From positions 1,568,001-1,632,000 of the forward strand of contig OZ220480.1 of assembly GCA_965116025.1 (NCBI GenBank): a DNA stretch of 64,000 nt, in the 5' to 3' direction. The notes below the pieces were generated by a model. That model was not told the origin of the DNA, searched no databases, and saw only the letters and a program-made list of their open reading frames with translations. Origin of the DNA: an uncultured candidatus Porisulfidus sp. GTDB taxonomy: Bacteria; Pseudomonadota; Gammaproteobacteria; Poriferisulfidales; Poriferisulfidaceae. Both the position numbers and the translations under genes were made by a program. Positions 50,138 to 60,071 of this stretch are shown here, one piece after another; within the stretch, counting starts at the first letter, position 1; every line of letters begins with the position of its first letter.

Positions 50138-50874
50138 TTTCTCTTTTTCTCGAAAACAAGGAAATAGGAGTGATTCTTTCGTGCGTGGACTTGTTTCAGG
50201 ATGCGGCTGACCGCTGGGCGGTTCGCGCGCACCGCCACGAAAAGGTCCTTCGCGTAAAAGCCATTTTCCGTGTAGGCGTTAATGATCTCGACATGCGTCA
50301 GCCACTGCTGGTTCGCGCTCACTTCATCTTGGCACTTCACGATGGCGACACCTTTCTGGCGAAGCACGCGAGAGGCTTCTTTACCCGCCTGGATATACAT
50401 ATTAATAACGGCGGCATGGTATTTCTTCGATTCGGATTTCGCCTCGCGATTGCCAGAGTAATATTTTCGAAACGCTTGGTAGTTTCCGGCTCCGGCTAGC
50501 GACGCGTTCGCGTTTCGGTAAAAGCCCTCCATATACGGCGGATCCAGCACTACGCAATCGAACGTCTCATCGCCATACGGAAGCATCCGGCAATCGACTT
50601 TGGTCGCTATGTCTGACGCGATGACGTGGTACGCGTTCTTGTCCACGAGCTTCCAGAAAACGCCTTTTCCGTATGTGACATCGGCCACTGTCGCGCCACG
50701 GGGCACATGGAGATCAAGAATTTGCGGGAAAATCTCGGCGTTTCCCGCGACGCGCGCGCTCACGACCAAGTCGCTCGTGACCACTCCTGAAGGGGCCTTG
50801 CGTTTCACGCCATTGGGCTGACCTCGCTGACTATGCTCAGCCTTTTTCGTCGCGTCCGCGCCTAGAATGGGCAT
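50128..50874 (-). CDS. Amino-group (N6A or N4C) DNA methyltransferase
   Basis: SAM motif ADVTYGKG and catalytic VVLDPPY; HARKNHSYF. Confidence 0.88.
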   Translation of the reverse strand: MPILGADATKKAEHSQRGQPNGVKRKAPSGVVTSDLVVSARVAGNAEIFPQILDLHVPRGATVADVTYGKGVFWKLVDKNAYHVIASDIATKVDCRMLPYGDETFDCVVLDPPYMEGFYRNANASLAGAGNYQAFRKYYSGNREAKSESKKYHAAVINMYIQAGKEASRVLRQKGVAIVKCQDEVSANQQWLTHVEIINAYTENGFYAKDLFVAVRANRPAVSRILKQVHARKNHSYFLVFEKKRKWE

Positions 50875-50880
50875 GGTGAG

Positions 50881-50889
50881 ATTATATCA
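50881..50889 (-). promoter_or_regulatory. Extended -10 promoter (TGaTATAAT) 6 nt before the methyltransferase ATG, suggesting a leaderless transcript
   Basis: Minus strand reads gTGaTATAATctcaccATG with no RBS. Confidence 0.6.
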
Positions 50890-51112
50890 CTCGGTCGCCG
50901 TCACGCCTCGACGCGATGACTTCAAAGGTGTCTTGAGCGACGATTTGATTGACGGATTGAGCGTTTGAATGTAATTAAATAACATATGATTCATGTAAGT
51001 ATTGATGGCTGACGTGGTCTGGGTAAGGCTCGCCCATCGACTCGAAATAGCTTGAGGAAGCGCATCGGTGCCTGGATATGTGTATATAAGAAAGCGTCTA
51101 ATATAGAAATTA

Positions 51113-51129
51113 TTGGCATTTTGTGCCAA
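51113..51129. promoter_or_regulatory. Inverted repeat TTGGCA-N5-TGCCAA upstream of the AAA ATPase (possible operator)
   Basis: Direct reading; AT-rich region about 40 nt before ATG 51167. Confidence 0.45.
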
Positions 51130-51166
51130 AATATGGCTCATACATCCACTAGAGATAGAGTTCTCT

Positions 51167-52537
51167 ATGCTATTACGCTTTGGGGTTTCCAACCACCGCT
51201 CCATTCGCGACTATCAGGAGTTGCATTTGAGCGCGTCCAAACGCATCAAGCGTAAAGGGCTGGCTATCCCCGTCCCGACGCTGAAGGAGGACGCGGTTCC
51301 CGTCGTCGCGCTCTACGGAGGCAACGCGACAGGAAAATCGAATCTAATTAATGCGATGCGCGAGATTCAACAAGCGATTCTTCAGTCTCATAAATCGCTA
51401 AGTGCCACTGATCAAATTCCTTGGGCCCCGTTCCGGTTTGCCGATTCGGATAGCGCGAAGCCGACGCGGTTCGACTGCACATTCGCGGTAGTTGAAGAAG
51501 CTATGGAGCAAAGCTCGCGCGCGCGCGAAAGCGTGTATGAATATGGTTTCGAGTATGTGGACATGGAGTTTCGGCGCGAGTGGCTGTATCGGATAGTGCG
51601 CAATGAACGACAAAGCACCCAGGTACTGTTCGAACGCGAGACCGAGGATGGCGAGATGCGTGTGAGTTTTGGCGGTCAACTCCGAGGCAAGAACAGGGCG
51701 ATCGCCAACCTGACTCGGCCAAACAGCCTGTTGCTGTCCGCCGGCGCTCAGAACAATCATCCGCTACTGACGGAACTGTATCGCTATTTTTCCGAGCGGT
51801 GGGAGGTTATTCCGAATTCGGGAGCTATGGATGGCACTTCTGTCGCGAGGCGTCTGTCCGACTATGAGCATATGGAGCGATTGCTCTCGCTGGTTCGCCA
51901 AGCCGATATCGGGATAGTTGACATTGATGTCGAAGACGAGGAAGTCAAGGATGATCATGCAGAATTCGCGCGCGACCTCGCTTCCTTGCTTTCCAAGCAT
52001 TCTAATCGACGGAGTAAACATGACCAGCTCGAAGCGTCGTTGGCCCATAAAATGTTGCGCAGGAAGCGGCTGCGCTTCCTGCATTCAACAGCGGAGAATC
52101 GTGTTGGGGCTCTCGGATATTCAATGGAAAGCAAGGGAACGCGCTCTCTGATTTCGCTTCTTATTCCAACGCTGGAAGCGCTTTCCCGCGGATCGCTTCT
52201 CGTGATCGACGAACTGGATACCAGTCTTCATCCGAATCTGGCGCGGGCGTTTGTCTCGCTTTTCGCGAAGAGATACTCCAACCCGCATGGCGCGCAATTG
52301 GTTTTTTCCACTCATGACGTTACGTTGCTCAGTAGCGGCATCCTGAATCCGGACGAGGTCTGGATGGTTGACAAGAATAGCATGGGAGAATCCCGGTTTA
52401 CGCCATTGACCGAGTTCAAATTGCGCTCGCGTGACGATATCGAGAAGGCGTATCGACTGGGACGGTTCGGAGGCGTTCCGTTTGGCGATGATTTTTTCAT
52501 CAATTTCCGCGATGATCGGGTTTTGGCGGAGTCATGA
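51167..52537 (+). CDS. AAA_21-type ABC ATPase (RloA/AbiLi-like)
   Basis: VSNHRSI, Walker A GGNATGKSN, signature ESKGT, Walker B LLVIDELDTSLHP, QLVFSTH, YRLGRFGGVP. Confidence 0.9.
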   Translation: MLLRFGVSNHRSIRDYQELHLSASKRIKRKGLAIPVPTLKEDAVPVVALYGGNATGKSNLINAMREIQQAILQSHKSLSATDQIPWAPFRFADSDSAKPTRFDCTFAVVEEAMEQSSRARESVYEYGFEYVDMEFRREWLYRIVRNERQSTQVLFERETEDGEMRVSFGGQLRGKNRAIANLTRPNSLLLSAGAQNNHPLLTELYRYFSERWEVIPNSGAMDGTSVARRLSDYEHMERLLSLVRQADIGIVDIDVEDEEVKDDHAEFARDLASLLSKHSNRRSKHDQLEASLAHKMLRRKRLRFLHSTAENRVGALGYSMESKGTRSLISLLIPTLEALSRGSLLVIDELDTSLHPNLARAFVSLFAKRYSNPHGAQLVFSTHDVTLLSSGILNPDEVWMVDKNSMGESRFTPLTEFKLRSRDDIEKAYRLGRFGGVPFGDDFFINFRDDRVLAES

Positions 52538-53166
52538 GGCGCGCGCGACGCGTCGCACGACGCCCCGCCACGCGTTCACCCGCTATTCGAATCGTGGTCG
52601 CCACGGAAGGAGAGTTGACCGAACCAGAATATATCAAAGCGTTCAGTCGAATCCATGGAAATAAATCCGTGCAGGTCGTTCTGGCGCCAGTCGGTGGTGA
52701 CCCGCGAGCGGTAGTCGAGCGGGCGATCAGAGAGTTGGAGAAATCGAAGCGGGACCGACTTGCGGCGAACGATTCCATATGGGCCATGTTCGATCGGGAT
52801 AACCATCCGAGATTCGACGAGGCGAGAGATCTGGCACGTAACAAAGGTATCCAGCTGGCCATATCGAATCCGTGTTTCGAATTGTGGGGAATTCTTCATT
52901 ACCAAGAGCAGGACGCTCATCTTGAGAGCCGCGAGTGCCAGCGACAGTTTGGGCGATTGTGCCCAGGTTACAATGCTGGAACTGGCAAGGTTTTCGACGA
53001 TCATGAAGCGATCCAACAGCGCCATTCGGATGCCGTCAAAAGAGCCACCCTGTTGGCTCGGCGCAGGGAGGAAGAAGGGAAGCCGGGAGGGAATCCATCT
53101 ACGACCGTTCATCTACTCACGAAATTGATACGGAGTTTCCGGCATGGTGAGAAATGTGGTGAATGA
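52534..53166 (+). CDS. rloB: RloB-like (AbiLii-like) Toprim-fold protein
   Basis: VATEGELTEPEY, WAMFDRD, SNPCFELW.ILH, NPSTTVH; ATGA-coupled to the ATPase. Confidence 0.9.
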   Translation: MRRARRVARRPATRSPAIRIVVATEGELTEPEYIKAFSRIHGNKSVQVVLAPVGGDPRAVVERAIRELEKSKRDRLAANDSIWAMFDRDNHPRFDEARDLARNKGIQLAISNPCFELWGILHYQEQDAHLESRECQRQFGRLCPGYNAGTGKVFDDHEAIQQRHSDAVKRATLLARRREEEGKPGGNPSTTVHLLTKLIRSFRHGEKCGE

Positions 53167-53353
53167 TTCGCGGGACGCTCTACGTCTGGCATCACGCGTT
53201 CGCTAACCCGGATGTTGCCACGGTCGGGCCAAAGCGAGGATGTTTTTCTCCAGATCGCTTCATCTGGAGCTCGAGAAGGATGGATTGATTTGGCGTTTTC
53301 CGCGCTCATGGACTATGATGGCGCATGGACACAGTACATAGAACCGAAAGTTG

Positions 53354-54820
53354 ATGGGCGTTCCTATCGAAGAGGCGCTGACGTTCGACGATGTGCTTCT
53401 GGTGCCGGGCCATTCCGAAGTCTTGCCACGCGATGTCGAGCTGAGGGCGCGGCTGACCCGAAACATCGAGCTCCGCGTCCCTTTCGTCTCGGCGGCCATG
53501 GATACGGTGACCGAGGCGGACCTAGCCATCGCGATCGCCCAAGAGGGAGGCTTGGGCGTGGTGCACAAGAATCAAGGCATTGACGAGCAAGCGGAGCAGG
53601 TGCGACGGGTCAAGAAGTTCGAGAGCGGAGTCATCCGCGAGCCCTTGACGATTCATCCGGATGCCAGTGTCGGCGAGGTGATGGAGCTGACGCGCTCGCA
53701 TGACATTTCCGGCGTGCCGGTGGTGGATGGCGAGGACTTGGTTGGCATCGTCACGCATCGGGATTTGCGTTTCGAGACGCATCTCAACGAGCCCGTGAGC
53801 ACCATCATGACCCCGAGAGACCGTTTGGTCACCGCGCCGGAGGGGACGAGTCTCGAGGTCGTGCAGGACCTATTGCGCCAGCATCGCATCGAAAAACTCC
53901 TGATCGTCGATTCAGGCTTCCACCTGCGCGGCATGGTGACCGTCAAGGACATTCAGAAATCTCGAGACTATCCGAATTCCTGCAAGGACGAGCATGGCCG
54001 ATTGCGAGTCGGTGGCGCGGTAGGCGCGGAGGTGGAGGGCCTGCGGCGCGTGGAGGCGCTGGTGGAGGCTGGCGCGGACGTGGTGACGCTGGACAGCGCG
54101 CACGGACATGCGGAAGGCGTGTTGCGGCGAGTGCGGGAAATTCGTGCCGCGCATCCAGATCTGGAATTGATCGCGGGCAACGTCGCGACTCAGGCGGGAG
54201 CCTTGGCATTGGCGGAGGCTGGGGCGAGCGCGGTCAAGGTCGGGGTCGGCCCGGGCTCGATCTGCACAACGCGAGTGGTCGCCGGGGTTGGGATGCCCCA
54301 GGTCACCGCGATTCGCGAGGCGTGTTCCGCCTTGAGGGACCAAGGGGTCCCAGTAATCGCGGATGGCGGAGTTCGTTATTCGGGCGATGCCGTTAAGGCG
54401 TTGGCGGCCGGGGCTTCGACCGTGATGGTCGGCAGCCTGTTGGCGGGCACTCGGGAAGCGCCTGGCGAAGTCGAGCTCTACCAGGGTCGGTCGTATAAGT
54501 TGTATCGTGGCATGGGCTCGCTCGGCGCCATGCAGCGCGGATCCCGGGAGCGATACTTCCAAGGCGAGGAGCGGGAATCCTCGAAGCTCGTGCCCGAGGG
54601 CATTGAGGGGCGAGTCCCTTACAAGGGACCTCTGTCCGGGGTTATTCACCAGCTGGTCGGTGGCGTGCGTTCTGGAATGGGCTATGTGGGCGCGCGCGAC
54701 TTGGATGAGCTGCACCGTCGTGCCCGGATGGTCCGGGTGACGCTCGCGGGCCTGCGCGAAGGTCACGCGCACGACGTACTGATTACCAAAGAGGCGCCCA
54801 ATTATCGGACCGAGACCTGA
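53354..54820 (+). CDS. guaB: Inosine-5'-monophosphate dehydrogenase
   Basis: [20 protein letters not shown] pair, [29 protein letters not shown]. Confidence 0.99.
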   Translation: MGVPIEEALTFDDVLLVPGHSEVLPRDVELRARLTRNIELRVPFVSAAMDTVTEADLAIAIAQEGGLGVVHKNQGIDEQAEQVRRVKKFESGVIREPLTIHPDASVGEVMELTRSHDISGVPVVDGEDLVGIVTHRDLRFETHLNEPVSTIMTPRDRLVTAPEGTSLEVVQDLLRQHRIEKLLIVDSGFHLRGMVTVKDIQKSRDYPNSCKDEHGRLRVGGAVGAEVEGLRRVEALVEAGADVVTLDSAHGHAEGVLRRVREIRAAHPDLELIAGNVATQAGALALAEAGASAVKVGVGPGSICTTRVVAGVGMPQVTAIREACSALRDQGVPVIADGGVRYSGDAVKALAAGASTVMVGSLLAGTREAPGEVELYQGRSYKLYRGMGSLGAMQRGSRERYFQGEERESSKLVPEGIEGRVPYKGPLSGVIHQLVGGVRSGMGYVGARDLDELHRRARMVRVTLAGLREGHAHDVLITKEAPNYRTET

Positions 54821-54824
54821 TCCG

Positions 54825-56384
54825 GTGACCGCGGACATCCATTCCGAACGGATCCTGGTGCTGGATTTCGGCTCGCAATACGCGCAGCTGATCGCCCGCC
54901 GAGTGCGCGAGGCGGGGTGCTATTGCGAGATCTACGCTTGCGACGCGCCCGAGAGCCAAATTCGGGGATTCCGGCCCCGAGGCGCGATCTTATCGGGTGG
55001 CCCGGAGACCGCCACAGATCACGCTCACCCGCCGGTTCCGGACGCGATCCTCGAGATGGATATCCCGGTGCTTGGCATCTGCTACGGCATGCAGGTTCTG
55101 GCTCGTCGGCATGGTGCCGAGGTGCATGCCGGGGCGCGCCGGGAATTCGGATTGGCGACCTTGCGCCCGAGTGAGGCGCATCCGCTCATCGAGGCGCTGG
55201 GCGATGGCGAGAAGCTCGCAGTATGGATGTCGCATGGTGATCACGTCGACACGGTGCCAGAAGGGTTTCGGGTGATCGCGTCGACCGACAGCGTGCCGAT
55301 CGCGGCTCTGGCGCACGAGACGCGGCCTTGGTTCGGCCTGCAGTTTCATCCAGAAGTCACGCATACCCCGGGTGGGCAGAGATTGATCGAGCGTTTCGCG
55401 CGGGATTATTGCGGTTGCCGGGGTCTGTGGCGGCCCGACGCGATCATCAAGGACAGAATTGAGGCGGCGCGCGCGCTGGTAGGAGAAGATGGCGTGGTGC
55501 TGGCGCTGTCCGGTGGCGTGGACTCCTCGGTCGTCGCGGCGTTGCTCGCGCGAGCTATCGGGGATCAGCTAACATGCATTTTCGTGGACAATGGCTTGCT
55601 ACGCGCTGGCGAAGCCGAGCAGGTGCGCGAGACTTTCGCGGGGCACTCGGGGGCGCGGTTGGTCCAGGTGGATGCTCGGGAGCGCTTTCTTTCCGCCTTG
55701 GTTGGCGTGACGGACCCAGAAGAGAAGCGGAAAACCATTGGGCGCGAGTTTGTCCATGTGTTCCAGGAACAGGCCGAGCGATTGCCAAATGCGCGATGGC
55801 TGGCGCAAGGCACGATTTACCCGGATGTCATCGAATCCGCCGCGGCCGCGACTGGCAAGGCTCATTTAATAAAGTCGCATCACAACGTCGGTGGACTTCC
55901 GGAAACGTTGCGCCTGCGGCTGATCGAGCCGCTACGAGAGCTGTTCAAGGATGAGGTGCGATCGGTCGGGCGCGCGCTGGGCTTACCGTGCGAGTTGCTG
56001 GAACGTCATCCGTTCCCTGGCCCGGGCTTGGGCGTGCGCGTCCTAGGCGAGGCGCGGCCCGAATACGTGGTTCTGGCGCGCGCGGCGGATCGGATTTTCA
56101 TTGAGGAGTTGCGCGCTTGGGATCTGTACGACAAGGTGGCGCAGGCGTTCGTGGTGTTCTTGCCGGTGCGGGCCGTCGGAGTCATGGGAGACGGCAGGCG
56201 TTACGATTACGTTGTGACGTTGCGGGCGGTGGAGACGCAGGATTTCATGACCGCGCGCTGGGCACGCCTGCCGGACGAGTTTCTGGACCAGTGCGCGCGG
56301 CGCGTCATCAACGAGGTTGACGGTATCGCCCGAGTATGCTACGACATATCGGGCAAGCCGCCGGCGACCGTGGAGTGGGAATGA
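54825..56384 (+). CDS. guaA: GMP synthase (glutamine-hydrolysing)
   Basis: [44 protein letters not shown]. Confidence 0.99.
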   Translation: MTADIHSERILVLDFGSQYAQLIARRVREAGCYCEIYACDAPESQIRGFRPRGAILSGGPETATDHAHPPVPDAILEMDIPVLGICYGMQVLARRHGAEVHAGARREFGLATLRPSEAHPLIEALGDGEKLAVWMSHGDHVDTVPEGFRVIASTDSVPIAALAHETRPWFGLQFHPEVTHTPGGQRLIERFARDYCGCRGLWRPDAIIKDRIEAARALVGEDGVVLALSGGVDSSVVAALLARAIGDQLTCIFVDNGLLRAGEAEQVRETFAGHSGARLVQVDARERFLSALVGVTDPEEKRKTIGREFVHVFQEQAERLPNARWLAQGTIYPDVIESAAAATGKAHLIKSHHNVGGLPETLRLRLIEPLRELFKDEVRSVGRALGLPCELLERHPFPGPGLGVRVLGEARPEYVVLARAADRIFIEELRAWDLYDKVAQAFVVFLPVRAVGVMGDGRRYDYVVTLRAVETQDFMTARWARLPDEFLDQCARRVINEVDGIARVCYDISGKPPATVEWE

Positions 56385-56419
56385 TTCCACGTCTGGCACC
56401 GGCAGGCATCAAACAGCAT

Positions 56420-56656
56420 ATAGATTCAATCAATGCTGCCATGTTTCACAATGAACGGCATGCATCGATGACTCAAACAATTTCATTGGATAGGATTCTT
56501 ACGGAAACGGATGGGCCGTTCACTCGAATGGGCGATAGGCGATCGAAACTATCCGATATCGCAATTGTTGTCGAAAAACTCGGCCGTCCGCATCAGATGC
56601 CGACTGAACAAGTCTCAGCCACTGTTCTCGACAATCTTAAGAAATTTGGCAAATAG
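56420..56656 (+). pseudogene. C-terminal fragment of a TatD-family nuclease (QatD-like)
   Basis: SINAAM..ISLDRILTETDGPF..VLDNLK; the N-terminal metal-binding HxH half is absent. Confidence 0.65.
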
Positions 56657-56667
56657 GCAGGGATGAC

Positions 56668-56765
56668 AGCCAGAACCAAGGCACCGAATTCTACATCCAC
56701 GGCAAGGATGGGAAGACCCAGAACAAGGATAGCCACGGGAATGATCCATATCCGCCGAAGGTTGA
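56668..56765 (+). pseudogene. C-terminal fragment of a DUF2188-family gene
   Basis: Reads SQNQGTEFYIHGKDGKTQNKDSHGNDPYPPK; no start codon, 1-nt slip before the stop. Confidence 0.7.
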
Positions 56766-56884
56766 TTTTTAGAACGATTCAAGATGCACGCTCATTTCCA
56801 ACGACCCAACCGCCAGATTCGTGTGTCACTGCGTAGAAAACAAGGGTTGTCTGGAAATGAGGTGTCGTGTGGGCTTTGCAAAAG

Positions 56885-56900
56885 GTAATATATATGCTAC
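56885..56900. promoter_or_regulatory. Imperfect palindrome overlapping the TA promoter (probable antitoxin operator)
   Basis: GTAATATATATGCTAC lies between a TTGCAA -35-like box and a TACTAT -10-like box. Confidence 0.55.
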
Positions 56901-56912
56901 TATATGGATCCT

Positions 56913-57221
56913 ATGATAGAGGTTAGAGAATACCTCGATGATGAGGGAAACAGTCCTTATGCCAAATGGTTCGATCATCTGAATGTGGCCGCTGCGGTCA
57001 AGGTCGCGACAGCTGTCCATAGGATGGAGCAGGGTAACTTCTCTAATGTGAAAGGCGTTGGTGCTGGCGTCTGTGAGTACCGAATCTATTTTGGCAAGGA
57101 CGGGGACCGGTTGGTGGTGTTGCTGGCGGGTGGCACCAAGAAACGCCAGAACGCAGACATTGCTGCCGCAAAAGGGCACTGGCGCGACTATAAGATCTGG
57201 AAACGGCAAGAGGTGACATGA
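56913..57221 (+). CDS. RelE/ParE-superfamily 'addiction module killer' toxin with an apparent 8-codon internal deletion
   Basis: MIEVREY..SPYAKWF..GNFSNVKGVGAGVCEYRIYFG..LLAGGTKKRQ; the family's DxGPGYR segment is missing. Confidence 0.8.
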   Translation: MIEVREYLDDEGNSPYAKWFDHLNVAAAVKVATAVHRMEQGNFSNVKGVGAGVCEYRIYFGKDGDRLVVLLAGGTKKRQNADIAAAKGHWRDYKIWKRQEVT

Positions 57222-57544
57222 TGGCTTTGACGAAAGATTTTAAGGATACCATTCAGGCACGCGCCCAACGGGATCCGGCGTTCCGCAAGGCCCTACTGCA
57301 AGAAGGGGTCGAATGCCTGCTTGCCGGTGATGTTGATACCGGCAAAGCGGTGTTGCGCGACTATATCAACGCGATGATCGGATTCGAGAAACTCTCCCAG
57401 GTCTTCGACAAATCAAGCAAGAGTCTCATGCGCATGTTCGGTCCAAAAGGCAATCCCCAGGCGAGCAACCTGTTCGCGGTGATCCAATACCTGCAGGAGC
57501 AGGAGGGCATACATCTGGAAGTCAAAGCCCGGAAGGTGGCCTAG
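57218..57544 (+). CDS. Cognate HTH antitoxin
   Basis: MALTKDFKDTI..RDPAFR..LRDYINA..KSLMRMFGPKGNP; ATGA-coupled to the toxin. Confidence 0.88.
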   Translation: MMALTKDFKDTIQARAQRDPAFRKALLQEGVECLLAGDVDTGKAVLRDYINAMIGFEKLSQVFDKSSKSLMRMFGPKGNPQASNLFAVIQYLQEQEGIHLEVKARKVA

Positions 57545-57785
57545 GGTGCTGCCAAGAAGTTTTAAATCGGCAATTTTTCGAGTATTTTGAAGAATTTTCT
57601 GAGCATGGTGTTTTCCGCGCGCCGTAACGGAAAAGGTAGCAAAACCACGTATGGAAAATCGGCGTAATCATGGTATCAGTGGTCGGCGCTCAGATACCGC
57701 CTTCTGAACGAGCGTAGCGTGGTTATGCTGGTGGGTACTGTTGATCTCGGTGCCTACCCCCATTTCCGAAAAGCGTGTCCTTGTG

Positions 57786-59039
57786 TTATTTCAGTGCATG
57801 CCAACCAGGTACGGCCTTGGTGAACTCTTCTTGAAATGACGGACGTTTGATGTTGTCCTTTTTGACTTTGAGCGCGAAGTCACGCCAGCGAGATGGATCA
57901 CGCAGCACATCAACCAACACATGGTGGACCTTCTTCATCACCTGTGCCTTGCGGGTGTATTCCTTGCGCGGGGCGTTGGTCTTGAGGCTGCCCAGTCCTG
58001 ATAAATAGTATTTTAATATCGCCTCGGGATACCTGCCTTCAAGACACTTGGCGGTCTGCAGTTCATAGGTGCCGTCCCAAGCGTAGAAGGGGTGGCGGCT
58101 TCGGGTCAACACCGCCACCGCTTCCTCGTACTCCTTACGGTGCATGCGGATGCGAAGTTGCTCTGTGTCCCAGGCGTTCTCCAGCCGCGCAAGGATTTTC
58201 ACTTCGTAACGCTTCCATTCGGTGACCGTGCATAGCTTCCGAAATGTCTTGTACTTGTCGCAGGTCAGAGGATCGATAGCCTGATCGAACTGTAGTGCCA
58301 GGTAGCGTTCGCGATTGTTGGAGGATTTGACACGCTCGGCAACGAACTGACGCAATTCATCCATGCGGCCTTTTCCCTTGAGCAGTCCTGTCTCCGCAAC
58401 CTCCATGGCCCTCTTTCTTTCACCGGCTTTCCAGTGGAAATCCGCCAAGTCGAAATAGTCGGCGCCAGTGGCCAGTTTGCGTTGGCGCAGCTCAAGATAT
58501 TTTCCATGGTCGCCGAGGCGACGATAAATGCGGCGGGCGTGGTCGAGTTTCCAGTCCTCGCCCATGGTTTCAAAGGCTTGCGCTAGTGCACGCCAATCGT
58601 CGTTGGTATAACAGGTCGCATAGGCCAAGTCGTAGAGATCGTCGTCAAGCCCGGCATTACTGCTTTCGATATAGGGCAGGGCGTTGTCGAGAAGTTTTTG
58701 CCGGTAGTCTGAATCGATCTTTTTCTGTGAAAGCGCCTGTACGATCTCCTGCAGCATTCTCGAAACATGGATGTCGGCATCATAATCGCCGCCACCGTAT
58801 GCATCCAGCTCGTCCAGATCCGGCGCGAGCTCGGCCCACAGGGCCAGTAGTTTTTCACCCTCGGACTGTTTCTTCTGGCTGGGTGACAGGGCAGTATGCC
58901 TGTTCAGGTAGTCGAGGCATTCACGCCGGACAGCGGGCCGTGAGGCGGTCACGCATAGGATCATATCGAGCAGTTTTGCTTTTGGCGCGGTCTCCAGCAA
59001 AGTGGCTAGTGGATCATCCTGTTTACGTTTTCCCGCCAT
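57786..59039 (-). CDS. Uncharacterised all-helical protein (417 aa)
   Basis: Long ORF in lower-GC DNA, helical-repeat character, ends RPSFQEEF; last gene of a three-gene operon. Confidence 0.75.
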   Translation of the reverse strand: MAGKRKQDDPLATLLETAPKAKLLDMILCVTASRPAVRRECLDYLNRHTALSPSQKKQSEGEKLLALWAELAPDLDELDAYGGGDYDADIHVSRMLQEIVQALSQKKIDSDYRQKLLDNALPYIESSNAGLDDDLYDLAYATCYTNDDWRALAQAFETMGEDWKLDHARRIYRRLGDHGKYLELRQRKLATGADYFDLADFHWKAGERKRAMEVAETGLLKGKGRMDELRQFVAERVKSSNNRERYLALQFDQAIDPLTCDKYKTFRKLCTVTEWKRYEVKILARLENAWDTEQLRIRMHRKEYEEAVAVLTRSRHPFYAWDGTYELQTAKCLEGRYPEAILKYYLSGLGSLKTNAPRKEYTRKAQVMKKVHHVLVDVLRDPSRWRDFALKVKKDNIKRPSFQEEFTKAVPGWHALK

Positions 59040-59048
59040 GATGAATTG

Positions 59049-60071
59049 TTACTTGGGAAGCTGAAATTGAACAAACTGGCCCAATAACGGCAGCGCCTTC
59101 ACCCGGTATTCGAAACATAGGGGGCTGTCGGAGACCGGCTCCACCGTCGCCAGACCCAGAAAGTCAGCGAAGTGCACCAGCGATCGCCAGGTGTAACCGA
59201 GGCGCACTGTCTCATCGTCAGAAATGACCTGGCTCGGTGGCGCTTCATCCAACAGCCACGGAAAAGCGCCCAGAAAGGCATCTTCATAAAATACTTGCGG
59301 CCGCCAGGCATCACCGTAGTGGGTAAGCAAGTAAAGTGTGAACAGGAAGGCGCTCTGCATGAATTGCAACTCAGGATGGCCGTCTCTGTATGCCCAGTTG
59401 AACTGCTCAACATAGGTCCTGAAAAGTTTTGGGTAGATGGCGGTCGTGTCGCCCCCGGTCAGCAGTCGGCGACAATCGCGGCTGAGGATGAACCGGCCCT
59501 TGTACTTGCGAATCAACCCCGCTAGTTCGGCCACAAGGCGGGTGACATGCAGATCGTCAAAATCCTCCTCCTGATTGATGCCGACAAATCGGGTTCTCTC
59601 CTGATATTTCCGTTTACCAAAGTAGGTCAGAGCGGTCTCGCGGCAGAAGTTGCGTGGCAGATTGCCCTTGGCGGTCGGTTTGAGGCCCTGCTCGCCGATG
59701 GCGTCGGTCAATAGCTCAAACAAGGTCAGTATCGGCGCGCCCGAGTTGGCGGGGAGCGCCTCCGGAAAACTTACCAGTCCTTGTGATGTGAACGGAAAAT
59801 TAAGCATCTGGTACATCTGCTCCGGCGATAAACCGTGAAATTCGTCCAGCGGTCGACGGTTTTGTTGTTGCGCAATCTGGTCTAGGAATTCCTGCGCTTC
59901 TTCCAGTGAGTTGAACTGCCGGCTTTCGAGCGCTGAGCGCAAGGTCTCGGACATGCCCGCCGTGCCGTGGTTGGATGCGGTGCTATTCTCCTTATCCAGG
60001 CAGCAGCGTTTGAACTTCTTTCCGCTACCGCAAGAGCAGGGATCATCGCGTCCAATGCTCTGTGTCTTCAT
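59049..60071 (-). CDS. SEC-C zinc-motif protein of unknown function
   Basis: N-terminal GRDDPCSCGSGKKFKRCC; LKPTAKGNLP and FNWAYRDG motifs. Confidence 0.82.
   Translation of the reverse strand: MKTQSIGRDDPCSCGSGKKFKRCCLDKENSTASNHGTAGMSETLRSALESRQFNSLEEAQEFLDQIAQQQNRRPLDEFHGLSPEQMYQMLNFPFTSQGLVSFPEALPANSGAPILTLFELLTDAIGEQGLKPTAKGNLPRNFCRETALTYFGKRKYQERTRFVGINQEEDFDDLHVTRLVAELAGLIRKYKGRFILSRDCRRLLTGGDTTAIYPKLFRTYVEQFNWAYRDGHPELQFMQSAFLFTLYLLTHYGDAWRPQVFYEDAFLGAFPWLLDEAPPSQVISDDETVRLGYTWRSLVHFADFLGLATVEPVSDSPLCFEYRVKALPLLGQFVQFQLPK

Noticed and set aside
56826-57209. Minus-strand 127-aa ORF over the toxin gene
   Set aside because: Antisense shadow of the RelE-type toxin
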